64,000 nucleotides of DNA from the NCBI GenBank assembly GCA_965224055.1, contig OZ245034.1, positions 8,182,762-8,246,761 on the forward strand, in the 5' to 3' direction. Every line of letters starts with the position of its first letter. Positions within the stretch are counted from its first letter, which is position 1. A program made the position numbers and the translations under genes. Shown piece after piece: positions 8,656 through 18,400 of this stretch. Source of the DNA: Myxococcota bacterium. GTDB taxonomy: Bacteria > Myxococcota_A > UBA796 > GCA-2862545. The notes beneath the pieces are model-generated. The model saw only the letters and a program-made list of their open reading frames with translations, made no database searches and had not been told where the DNA came from.

Positions 8656-9531
8656 CTACTGCAGCGGATCTCGGGAGATGCGATCCGCCGACATGTCGGC
8701 CTCGACGTCGAAGTTGAGGAGCAGCACGGTGCCCGCCCACGACAGGTCCATCTGGGTGGGCTCCATCTCGCCCTCGGCCGGGAAGTCGTAGGAGATGGGG
8801 CCGAGGATCGCGGCGCCGGCCTGACCCGTGAGCTCGCCGTTGGCCGGGTTCACCTCGAGGTCGAACACGAAGTCGAGGGGCAGGTCGAACAGGATGAGGC
8901 TGGCCACGCAGTCGCCCGTCCCGGCGGCGACTTCGCCGTAGACGTCGACCTGGACCAGCGCGCTCCCGGAGCAGCTGAACTGGAACTGCTGGTAGCCGCC
9001 CGTGGCTGTGAACAACCCGCTGAAGGTGCCCGCCAGCGGGTGCTGCACGCGGACGCCACCGGAGGTGTAGGACAGCACGTCGCCGTTCGGCAGGTACGCG
9101 GTGGCGGTGATGTCGTGCACGCCGACGTCGATCGAGTCGTCTTCGAAGAACGCACCGAGGCCGTCCCACATGGGGTCGACATCACTCGACCACTCGATGC
9201 GATCGACCGACAACGGCGTGCCGTCTGCGGCGAGGAGCTCGGCTTCGTAGGGACGGACCTCGCCGAACGCGCGGAAGCCGCCGGGCTCGGGGGAGAGGAT
9301 GCGGAACGTGGCCTCTTCGTAGATCGCCCAGTCTTCGGGTTCGGGATCGTCGGGGTCTCCGCCGGTGGGGACCTCGTCGACCCAGCCCTCTCCGCTGTTC
9401 ACGGGAGTCTCGTCGATCAGCACGGCCTGGGTGGGCCCGCAGCCGGCGACGACCGCGACGAGCCCCGCGCACACGGGCTGCCACAGCGGCATGCTGTGAC
9501 GAGGGGTCTGCAACAGGACGGGATCGGGCAT
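8656..9531 (-). CDS. Hypothetical lipoprotein
   Basis: Signal peptide plus lipobox (VVAGCG). High GC3. 7 nt upstream of selB, so operonic. No recognised domain. Confidence 0.6.
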   Translation of the reverse strand: MPDPVLLQTPRHSMPLWQPVCAGLVAVVAGCGPTQAVLIDETPVNSGEGWVDEVPTGGDPDDPEPEDWAIYEEATFRILSPEPGGFRAFGEVRPYEAELLAADGTPLSVDRIEWSSDVDPMWDGLGAFFEDDSIDVGVHDITATAYLPNGDVLSYTSGGVRVQHPLAGTFSGLFTATGGYQQFQFSCSGSALVQVDVYGEVAAGTGDCVASLILFDLPLDFVFDLEVNPANGELTGQAGAAILGPISYDFPAEGEMEPTQMDLSWAGTVLLLNFDVEADMSADRISRDPLQ

Positions 9532-9613
9532 CGGGTGCGCTTAACCGGAATTCTCCTCAGCCGGGTGACACCTGGGGCGGCCTGTGGTGTTCAACGGGCG
9601 TGAGGGAGGCGTA

Positions 9614-10279
9614 ATGACTGCACAGACCGGCCAGATCTGCCTGTTGGCGATGGGCTTCATCGGACTCGTGGGCTGCCACGGAGTCGCAGACGAGCGGGAC
9701 TACACGATCCGGGGCGACTTCCAGGACGTCCGGGTCGAGCTGTCCAACGGAGACCTGTCCATCCGGGCCGAGCCGGGGATCGATGCGATCCGGATGGAGG
9801 CCGACGTGGGCGGCATGGGGGGCGGCGACGCGGTCGACCGCTACATGGAGGGCGAGACGCTGGTGATCGACTACCGCTGCGGGTTCTGCGGCGGCGATGT
9901 CGAGCTGGTGGTGCCCGACCACCTCCCGATCGACGCCTGGGTGAAGCGCGGCGATCTGCAGCTGGACGGGCTGGCTGCACCGGTCGTCGCCGAGGTGCGC
10001 ACGGGTGCGATCGAAGGGCACGACCTGACCGCGGATGTCGAGGTGTTCGCGAACGCGGGAAGCGTCGAGCTCGAGTTCGTCGAGCGACCCGGCCTGGTGG
10101 ACGTCGAGAGCCACGTGGGAGCGGTGCTCCTGGAGGTGCCGTCCGGCGGCTACCAGCTCGATACGCGCGGACATCTGGGTGCAGTTCGTCTGGTGGACGT
10201 CTGGCAGGACGACGACGCGCTCGAGGAGATCCGGGTGTTCAACCACGCGGGCGAAGTCGAGATCCTCGGCAATCCGTGA
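9614..10279 (+). CDS. Putative lipoprotein (DUF4097-like / putative adhesin beta-rich domain)
   Basis: Start chosen at the ATG preceded by RBS GGGAGG. Lipobox LVGCHG. Repeated short beta-strand segments (VELEFVERPGLVDVESHVGAV...). Confidence 0.55.
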   Translation: MTAQTGQICLLAMGFIGLVGCHGVADERDYTIRGDFQDVRVELSNGDLSIRAEPGIDAIRMEADVGGMGGGDAVDRYMEGETLVIDYRCGFCGGDVELVVPDHLPIDAWVKRGDLQLDGLAAPVVAEVRTGAIEGHDLTADVEVFANAGSVELEFVERPGLVDVESHVGAVLLEVPSGGYQLDTRGHLGAVRLVDVWQDDDALEEIRVFNHAGEVEILGNP

Positions 10280-10300
10280 GGCGTACGGCTATGAAAGGCC

Positions 10301-12004
10301 ATGCGCGCGTGGTTCGCATCGCTGGGCCTGCTGGGCTGCCTCGGGATCGGGGCGGGCCTGGCGTCGTGCAGGAACAGCCAGGTTCCGACCGACACGGGAG
10401 GGCCCCCGTCGCCCGAGTGTGATGGCGTCTCCTGGGAGAGCCATGGTGCGCCGTTCGTGTCGATCTGCACCGACTGTCACAGCGCCTCCAACGAAGGGCC
10501 CGACCGCAACGGGGCTCCCGAGGCGCTGAACTTCGATCCGCCCGACGGAGTCGAGGGATTCGCGAACCAGATGGTGGCCGTGGGTACGGGAGACGACCCC
10601 AGCATGCCGCCCTCCACCGCCCCCCGTCAGCCGACCCGGGGCCAGCGGGACGACTTCGCCACGTGGGTGGGCTGCGGGCTTCCGGACCTGCCCGAGCCCG
10701 AGACCCAGGCCTGTGCGGGCCAGACCCTCTCCGGGAATGTGCGCCTGTCGGAGCTCGACGGGGAACTGTGTGACGCCGACCCGCCGGTTCGCTGGGTCGA
10801 AGGCGACCTGGTCCTGGACGGCGACCCCACCACCGCATCGTGTCTGTGTGGCGTCGGAGGGGTGCTCGTCGCCGATGCCGATGCGGGAGAGGGTCCGCTC
10901 GTCATGCCGCGGCTCCGTCGCCTGGACGGGGGGCTGGTGGTCGAGGACAGCGCGATCACCAGCGTCTCGTTGCCGGGGCTCCAGGAGTCCGGGCCTGTCC
11001 AGGTGGTCGCGAACCCCGCGCTCACCCGGCTCGATCTGCCCGCCCTGACGCGCGCTCCCGGGGTTCGGGTGCGCGACAACCCCGTGCTGCTGGACGTGTT
11101 GGTCGACTCGCTCGCGTTCGTCGAGGGTGCACTGGTGGTGCGGGGCAACGCTGCGCTCCCGCTCCTGGATCTGGACGCGATCCGCGGGGTGCAGGGCATC
11201 GTCGACGTCCGGGACAACGCCGGGCTGACCCAGCTCGTTCCTCCGATGGGGCCCGCTGCACCGACTCAGCTGCCGGACGCGCTGCACCTGGTCGATCACC
11301 CGTCCCTCGACGTGCTGGAGGGGTTCTCGAGCCTGCAGGCGGTGGTGGGGGGCGTGCGGGTGCAGGGGCTGGGGGTGACCCGGGTCGATGCCTTCGGGGG
11401 GCTGCTCGCGACGGGGCCCGTCCAGGTGGTGGATCTGGGAGAACTCGACGAGCTGCGGGCGTTCTCGGCGCTCGTGACGAGCACGGGGTCGGTGCGGATC
11501 TCCGAGATCGGGCCCGTGGACGACCTGGATCTGCTGGGGGCGCTGCAGTCGATCGACGGGGGGCTGGTGGTGGACGACTTCCGCGGCCAGGCGGTCGTCG
11601 GGTTTCCGTCGCTGGAATCGGTGGGAGGCACGGTCGAGATCGCCAATGGCGACGTGGTCGACGAGCTCCGCTTCCCGCTCCTGGTGAGTGCGGGTGGGGT
11701 GTTCGTGCACGACAACGCCGTGTTGCCCACGCTGGACGGCTTCCAGACGTTGACCACGGTGTCCGGCACGGTCGAGATCCACGACAACCCGGCGATGACC
11801 TCGCTGTTCGGTCTGCACAACGTGGTGGAGGTGGACGGTGGATTGCGGTTGGAGGGGTTGCCGATGCTCCAGGAGCTCCAGGGGCTGCAGTCGCTGCAGG
11901 TGGTCCAGGGCGATGTGTTCGTGCGCGACGTGGGCCTCGATCCCGCCGTCGTCGAGGCGTTCTTTGCGGAGGTCACCGTGAACGGGACCACGACCATCGA
12001 GTGA
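10301..12004 (+). CDS. Lipoprotein with receptor L-domain-like repeats
   Basis: Lipobox GLASC. N-terminal CTDCH (CXXCH) motif. Multiple L-domain-like leucine-rich periodic units (LxxLxxLxxVxGxLxIxxNxxL). Function unknown. Confidence 0.65.
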   Translation: MRAWFASLGLLGCLGIGAGLASCRNSQVPTDTGGPPSPECDGVSWESHGAPFVSICTDCHSASNEGPDRNGAPEALNFDPPDGVEGFANQMVAVGTGDDPSMPPSTAPRQPTRGQRDDFATWVGCGLPDLPEPETQACAGQTLSGNVRLSELDGELCDADPPVRWVEGDLVLDGDPTTASCLCGVGGVLVADADAGEGPLVMPRLRRLDGGLVVEDSAITSVSLPGLQESGPVQVVANPALTRLDLPALTRAPGVRVRDNPVLLDVLVDSLAFVEGALVVRGNAALPLLDLDAIRGVQGIVDVRDNAGLTQLVPPMGPAAPTQLPDALHLVDHPSLDVLEGFSSLQAVVGGVRVQGLGVTRVDAFGGLLATGPVQVVDLGELDELRAFSALVTSTGSVRISEIGPVDDLDLLGALQSIDGGLVVDDFRGQAVVGFPSLESVGGTVEIANGDVVDELRFPLLVSAGGVFVHDNAVLPTLDGFQTLTTVSGTVEIHDNPAMTSLFGLHNVVEVDGGLRLEGLPMLQELQGLQSLQVVQGDVFVRDVGLDPAVVEAFFAEVTVNGTTTIE

Positions 12005-12012
12005 TCTGAGCG

Positions 12013-12381
12013 ATGCTCCCGCCAGGAGGTGCGCAGATGCGACAGCTGTGTGGAATCGGAGCGCTCGTGTTCTGGGGCGTCGGGGGATGCTCGGGTTCGG
12101 AGCCCATCGACACCGATCCCATCGACACGGACACCGAGGCCGCGGACTGCGAGGGGTTGTCCGAGCAGACGTGCGGCCAGGTCGACGGATGCGTGCAGAT
12201 CGTCGGTACGCGCGTGAACGGCGCCGAGCAGTACGCTGGATGCGCGGCGGACAATCCGGATGGGTGTGCCGAGGAGCCCACTGCGGCCGAGGATCCGAGC
12301 GATGGCGCGTGCTGGGACTTCGACACGGCGTGCGTTCCGGACGGATGGACCGTGCTCGGGGGCGCCTGCGCAGACCAGTAG
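12013..12381 (+). CDS. Small secreted Cys-rich lipoprotein (hypothetical)
   Basis: Lipobox GVGGCSG, 8 further Cys and an acidic low-complexity region. 8 nt downstream of the L-domain protein. An alternative start is the ATG at 12037. Confidence 0.5.
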   Translation: MLPPGGAQMRQLCGIGALVFWGVGGCSGSEPIDTDPIDTDTEAADCEGLSEQTCGQVDGCVQIVGTRVNGAEQYAGCAADNPDGCAEEPTAAEDPSDGACWDFDTACVPDGWTVLGGACADQ

Positions 12382-12396
12382 GCCGCGAGCGCTGCG

Positions 12397-12972
12397 TCAG
12401 ACCACGGCGTCGTCGCCACGGATGGGCAGGCCCCAGGCCAGACCTCCGACCGCGATGCAGAGAACCCCGTGGAACACATCGATCGCCAGGAACGGCCCGA
12501 CGTCGCCCTCGGTGCCGATCACCAGTCCGGCGACGGCGAACAGCAGGGCTCCGACGATGGCGGCGGCCCCGCGCTTGGGATGGTGGGGCAGACAGCGCGA
12601 TGCCCCGACGATGACTGCGACCATCGACAGCGCCCCCACCACGGTCCCATAGGCCTCGAACGGGAACGCGAGCCCGAATGCGGCGAAGCCGACCACGCTG
12701 GTGCCCATCGTGATCATCCGGCCATCCGGACCGGGTCGGTTCCAGCACGTCGACAGGAACTGCACACCGATGAGGGGGAGACCCGTGGCGGTGGCCAGCG
12801 CCGAGACGAAGCCGTGCAGCTCGGCGAGATCGGGGTTCACGCCGAAGCGCACCGCTCCGATGAACGCGGCGATGCCGATCAGCATGAAGCCCGTGGACGC
12901 GTAGCGTTCTCCGCGCGAACGAAGCCACATGCACGCGGCGAACGCCACGAGCATGAGGAGGCCGTCGGACAT
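12397..12972 (-). CDS. Hypothetical integral membrane protein
   Basis: Five to six hydrophobic helices. Start taken at the internal ATG (MSDGLL). Divergent from aspS. Confidence 0.55.
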   Translation of the reverse strand: MSDGLLMLVAFAACMWLRSRGERYASTGFMLIGIAAFIGAVRFGVNPDLAELHGFVSALATATGLPLIGVQFLSTCWNRPGPDGRMITMGTSVVGFAAFGLAFPFEAYGTVVGALSMVAVIVGASRCLPHHPKRGAAAIVGALLFAVAGLVIGTEGDVGPFLAIDVFHGVLCIAVGGLAWGLPIRGDDAVV

Positions 12973-13106
12973 TGCGGTCGAGAGCTGGATGGTCGATCCT
13001 CTGCGCGGAACCTGCGTGCTCGACGGGTCGAGTAACCAACGCATGTCATGACCCCGTCACGGAGGTATGGGAAGCGGCGACTCTGCGACCAGACGAGGAG
13101 AGAGTG

Positions 13107-14876
13107 ATGTTGACCCGGAGAACCCACCAGTGTGGGGAGCTGCGTTCGAGCCACGTCGACCAACAGGTCGTCGTCCAGGGGTGGGCCAGTGCCGTGCGAG
13201 ACCGCGGCGGCGTGGCGTTCATCCTGCTGCGGGATCGGCACGGGATCGTGCAGATCACCGTCGACGAGCGCTGCACCGACGAGGTCCGGGATGCCGCCAA
13301 GGGTGTGCGGCTCGAGTACGTGATCCAGGTGCGCGGAACCGTCGCCGCCCGCAACGCCAGCGCCGTCAAGGACGACATGGACACGGGAGCCATCGAGATC
13401 ATCCCGTCCGAGCTCACCGTGCTCAACGGCACCAAGCCGCTGCCCTTCGCGATCGGCAAGCAGTCCGAGGCCAGCGAGGAGACCCGGCTGAAGTACCGCT
13501 ACCTCGATCTGCGGCGCCCGGAGCTGCAGCAGAACATCGTCATCCGCCACAAGGCGGCCCAGGCGGCGCGGCGAGCACTCGACGAGCTGGATTTCCTGGA
13601 GATCGAGACCCCAATCCTCACCAAGGCCACGCCCGAAGGGGCCCGGGACTACCTCGTTCCGAGCCGGGTGCACCAGAGCCACTGGTACGCGCTTCCCCAG
13701 AGCCCGCAGATCTTCAAGCAGATCCTGATGGTCGCGGGCATGGACCGCTACTTCCAGATCTGCCGCTGCTTCCGCGACGAAGACCTGCGATTCGACCGTC
13801 AGCCCGAGTTCACCCAGATCGACATCGAGATGAGCTTCGCGCCGCGCGACCAGGTGATGGAGGTCGCCGAGACCGTCACGCGCGCCATCTGGAAGTCCGT
13901 GCTCGACCACGACGTCGGCGAGATCCCACGGCTGACCTACCACGAAGCCATCGAACGCTACGGCGTGGATGCGCCGGATCTGCGGTTCGGCATGGAGCTG
14001 TTCACGCTCACCGACATCGTGGCCGACTCCACCTTCCCGCCCGTCTCGAACGCGCTCTCGAGCGGGGGCGTTGTGCGCGGCTTCACCCTGAAGGGCGGGG
14101 TCGAGGGCACGTCGCGCAAGGTCCTCGACGCCTGGACGAAGTTCGTGCAGAACTACGGGCTCGGCGGGCTGCTCTGGGGCAAGGTCAACGACGACGGCAT
14201 GTCCGGTCCGCTGAAGAAGGCCGTTCCGGAAGGCCAGGATGCGGCGTTCCGCGAGGCGGCGGGCTGCGAGGCCGGCGACGTCGTGCTCGTGGCCGCCGGT
14301 GCTGCGAAGCACGTGAACGCGGGCCTCGGAAAGCTCCGTGTGCACGTGGCCCGCGAGAAGGGCCTGGTGGGCGAGGGGTTCGCGTTCGCCTGGGTGGTCG
14401 ACTTCCCGCTGTTCGAGGCCGACGACGACGGCAACTGGACCAGCATGCACCACCCGTTCACCGCTCCCAAGCCCGAGCAGGCCGAGCTCGTCGGCACCGA
14501 TCGCACGGGCGAGGTGCTCTCCGACGCCTACGACCTGGTGTGCAACGGCAACGAGATCTGCGGGGGCTCCATCCGTATCCACGACTCGGACACCCAGCAG
14601 AAGGTGTTCGCAGCCCTGGGGATCGGCGAAGCGGAGCAGCAGGAGAAGTTCGGCTTCATGCTCGACGCACTGGCCCACGGCGCGCCTCCCCACGGCGGCA
14701 TGGCGTTCGGGTTCGACCGGCTGATCATGTGGTTGTGCAGCACCGAGAGCATCCGTGACGTCATCGCGTTCCCGAAGACCACCAGCGCCCAGGACCTCAT
14801 GTCCGGCGCACCTGGTACGGTGGACCCCCACGAGCTCGTCGAGCTCCACGTGAAGAACACGTCCAGCCAGGAGTGA
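13107..14876 (+). CDS. aspS: Aspartate--tRNA ligase
   Basis: Class II aaRS motifs (FRDEDLR motif 2 region, GGSIRIH, GMAFGFDRLIMWL motif 3) and an N-terminal OB-fold. Start at ATG with RBS GAGGAGAGAG. Confidence 0.95.
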   Translation: MLTRRTHQCGELRSSHVDQQVVVQGWASAVRDRGGVAFILLRDRHGIVQITVDERCTDEVRDAAKGVRLEYVIQVRGTVAARNASAVKDDMDTGAIEIIPSELTVLNGTKPLPFAIGKQSEASEETRLKYRYLDLRRPELQQNIVIRHKAAQAARRALDELDFLEIETPILTKATPEGARDYLVPSRVHQSHWYALPQSPQIFKQILMVAGMDRYFQICRCFRDEDLRFDRQPEFTQIDIEMSFAPRDQVMEVAETVTRAIWKSVLDHDVGEIPRLTYHEAIERYGVDAPDLRFGMELFTLTDIVADSTFPPVSNALSSGGVVRGFTLKGGVEGTSRKVLDAWTKFVQNYGLGGLLWGKVNDDGMSGPLKKAVPEGQDAAFREAAGCEAGDVVLVAAGAAKHVNAGLGKLRVHVAREKGLVGEGFAFAWVVDFPLFEADDDGNWTSMHHPFTAPKPEQAELVGTDRTGEVLSDAYDLVCNGNEICGGSIRIHDSDTQQKVFAALGIGEAEQQEKFGFMLDALAHGAPPHGGMAFGFDRLIMWLCSTESIRDVIAFPKTTSAQDLMSGAPGTVDPHELVELHVKNTSSQE

Positions 14877-14880
14877 ACCC

Positions 14881-15483
14881 ATGACCGCGGCCGCCTACAG
14901 TCGACGCTTCGACCGGGCGGTCGCGCTCGCGCTCGACTCCTTCCGCCCCATCGTGCGCAAGGGGTCGGGGGTGCCGTACGCCACCCACCTGTTGAGCGTC
15001 ACCGCGTTGGTGGGCGAGTACGGCGGCGACGAAGACCAGCTGTGCGCGGCCATCCTGCACGACTACATCGAGGACATTCCGGGCGCGACCGAGGAGAAGC
15101 TGGCCGAGGAGTTCGGAGACCGCGTCGCGAAGATGGTGGTGGCGCTGTCGGACTGTGAAGGCGAGCCGAAGCCCCCGTGGCGCGAGCGGAAGATGGCGTA
15201 TCTCGCCCATCTCAAGCACGAAGACCCCGACATCAAGCTGATCAGCTGTGCCGACAAGCTCCACAACGCGACCACCATCGTGATGGACCACAAGCGCATC
15301 GGGAACAGCATCTTCGAGCGGTTCCGCGGCAAGAAGGACGGCACGCTCTGGTACTACGACGCCGTGGTCCACGCGCTGGCTCACGGCTGGGAGTCCCGTC
15401 TGCTCGACCGTCTCGACGAGGTGGTCGACGAGATCCACGTGCTGGCGGGTGTTCCCAGGCCTTCGCCCGCGGGAGCCGAGTAG
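14881..15483 (+). CDS. HD-domain protein, RelA/SpoT-type (p)ppGpp hydrolase-like (small alarmone hydrolase candidate)
   Basis: HLLSV...AAILHDYIEDI matches the SpoT/Mesh1 HD hydrolase motif. ~200 aa with no synthetase domain. 4 nt after aspS and 3 nt before the large kinase gene. Confidence 0.7.
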   Translation: MTAAAYSRRFDRAVALALDSFRPIVRKGSGVPYATHLLSVTALVGEYGGDEDQLCAAILHDYIEDIPGATEEKLAEEFGDRVAKMVVALSDCEGEPKPPWRERKMAYLAHLKHEDPDIKLISCADKLHNATTIVMDHKRIGNSIFERFRGKKDGTLWYYDAVVHALAHGWESRLLDRLDEVVDEIHVLAGVPRPSPAGAE

Positions 15484-15486
15484 CCG

Positions 15487-18400
15487 GTGACCCTGGAGCG
15501 GGCGCGCGCGGCCTGGCGGGTCCGGGACTGGCAGGCGGTGCTCGAGGCGGTCGGGTCCCGAGACGACGCGCCTGCGCTGGTGCTCCGGAGCCATGCGTGG
15601 CGCTGGACGGCGGCCGTCGATCGCGCCCTGGAGGCCGCCGAGCTCGCATTGGCGCGCGCTACCCAGGAGTCGGTACGCCATCAGGCCCTGGATGTCTTCG
15701 CGCGTGCGCTCCCCTCGGCCCGTCGCTCGACCGAAGCGGGGCTCGTCGAGCGTCTCGAAGAACCGGACATCCCGCTGCTGCGCGCTACGGCGTCGTTCGT
15801 GCGCGCCGAGCGGGCCTTCTACCGCCGTGACCCCGGCCTGCTGGCGGCGTGCGAGCGCTTGATCCGCGATGTCGAGCGGCTCGGCGAGCCCGCGGATCTG
15901 GCCGATACTCTGGGGTCCTGCGCGTTCTGGGTGCACGAGAACGGTGCCAGGAGCCAGGCTGCGGTGTGGGCGGAGCGGGCCGAGCAGTGTGTCGGTGAGG
16001 CGGGGTTCGAGCACGCGCTGGCCCGGGCTCGCTCCATCGCGGTACGGCTGCCCCTGTCCAGTCCCCATGCGATTCGACAGCTACAGCGCGCCGTCCCGTT
16101 CATCGATCGATGGGGGACCCCCTGGCTCCGGGTCCAGACGTTGAGCGGGCTCGCGACGATGCTCGCCGAGACCGAGCGGTACGACGAAGCCGTTCGTGCC
16201 GCGGCGAGAGCGAGTGCCGTGTGCCGTTCGGAAGTGCCGGCCGCACTCGGGAAGGTGCGCTGGGCGGAGTCCTGGGTGCAGCTGCTCGCGGGTGACCCCG
16301 CGATCGCGCAGACCGCCATCGAGGTTCGCTCGCTCCTGCCCGACGGCGAGGCCGCACGGACCTCACAGGTGGTGGACTGGATGGTCCAGGCCGAGGGTGG
16401 GGACTTCACAGGCCTCGAAGCGGAGCTTCTCCGGACGGCACCGCGCCTGCGACGCCTCGGGGTCGTTCCGTACTACTGGTCCATCGCCATGAATCGCATC
16501 GCGTCGCGGGCCGAGGAAGCGGGGCAGACGGGCATCTCGGTCCTGGCGACCCGCGAGATCCTGGAAGTCGGCGAGGTTCCCGAGCGCGACGCTGCAGTGG
16601 CGCGCATCACGAGGCTCCCTTCGGATTCCCCCGTACCCATCGGGCCGTTCGTCGTCCGTCGCCAGGTCGGAGCCGGGGGGATGGGCGCGATCTGGACCGA
16701 CGATGTGCACGCGGTGAAGCTGTTGACGCTGACCGATCCGCGGGCGGTGGCGATGTTCGAGGAGGAGATCGCGGCCGTCGCCCGCCTGCGTCACCCGAAC
16801 ATCGTGCCCGTCGTCGATGCCGGGCGGGTGGGTCCGGCGGCAGCCACCCAGCTCGGGGTCGATCCGGAGACCCCGTGGCTGGCCATGCCGCTCGCACAGG
16901 GGTCTGTGCACGACCAGCTCGACAGCCTGGACTGGGATCGGGCGTCCGCCATCATCTGTGACGTGCTGGACGGGCTGGCGGCCGCTCACGCTGCGGGGTT
17001 GCTGCACCTGGACATCAAGCCCGCGAACGTGCTGTTGGACGGGGAGCGGGCGCGGTTGTCGGACTTCGGTCTGCAGGCGTCCATCGGCAACGTGGTTCGG
17101 CCGAGCGGGACGCCAGCGTACATGGCTCCGGAGCGCTTCCGGTCGCGTCCCCTGGGTATCGAAGCCGACCTGTACGCCGTCGGTTGCATGCTGTGGGAGC
17201 TCGTCGCTGGCGCGCCTCCATGGGACGGAGAGCCGGAAGAGGTCGCGAGAGCCCATCTGGAGCGGCCGCTTCCCGACCTCGTCCCGCGATTCACCATCCC
17301 GAGTGGGCTCCCGGCCATCCTGGGAGAGCTGCTCGACAAGACGCCGGTGCACCGTCCGGCACACGCACGCCTGGTTCGGATGCGCATCGCCTCCCTCGAC
17401 CCGGATCCCCATCCCGCCGGGGTTCCCGTGGCGATCGAAGAAGCCGGTGAGATCACCTTCGACTTCGGACTGGAGAGCAGCGGTTCGTTTCCGGGTCCGC
17501 CGACCGAGGAGCCGATGGTCGTGGAGCTCCCGGACTGGCGGGAGCTGATGAACCCGAGCTGGCAGCAGCTGGAAGGCACCGGGTTGTTCCACGTCCACCG
17601 TCCTCCCGTGCTGGGTCTGGACGATCAGAAGGACGTGTTGTGGTCGATGCTGGGCGGCGTCGTCACCGGAGGTCGGCCCGCGATGGTCGTCCTGGAAGGC
17701 GAGGAGTCCGCGCAGGAGCTGGTGGACTGGTTCGAGGACGCAGCCGGGCGATGTGGGCTCGCCGAGGTCCTCCCGGCGGGGCACCTGTCGTTCCGGTTCC
17801 CCGCCTCGGTGACGTGCATCCGTCGGTCCGTACCCGGAGCCCTCGAGCTCGAGAAGGCGCTGGAACGCATCGACGAGGGCTGTCCGCTGCTGTTGATCGT
17901 GGTCGGCGAGCGCCCCGGGCGGGGGGTGCACCTCGTCGTTCCTCCCCCCACCCCGGCGACCCTGCGCGAACGTCTGGCGCTGTGGTTCCCCCTCACGTCC
18001 CCGGTCAGGCTCCTGCTGTCGGAGTGGTCTGCAGGACGGCTCGGGCCCGTGCTCGAGGTGCTGCAGAAGTGGGCGGCAGAGGATCGACTCGTCGACACCG
18101 AGGACGGATGGGCGGTGCGCGGAGAACCCGACCTCCAGGAACGCGTCGCGGACGTCGAAGTCGTGGACGCGCTCTCGGACACCGCTCGTCGGTCGTTGCA
18201 GTGCCTGGCGCTGGGAGACGAGGAGATCGACCGGGCGGAGTCGGTGGAGGTGCTCCGCGCGTTCGGGCTCGACTGGCCCACCCGCGTAGTGCGCATGCTG
18301 GTGACGCGTCGCGTCCTGTGGGTCGACCGTGACGCTGGAACGGTGCGGTTCCTCGACCCCGCGCTTCGAGCCACCCTGTGCACCGGACCCCTGGATCCTC

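Noticed and set aside
10435-10470. CTDCH motif in the receptor-L-domain lipoprotein as evidence for a c-type cytochrome
   Set aside because: It is a single CXXCH in a Cys-rich N-terminal region of a protein otherwise built from L-domain repeats. It may simply be a disulfide pair, so I did not call it a cytochrome.
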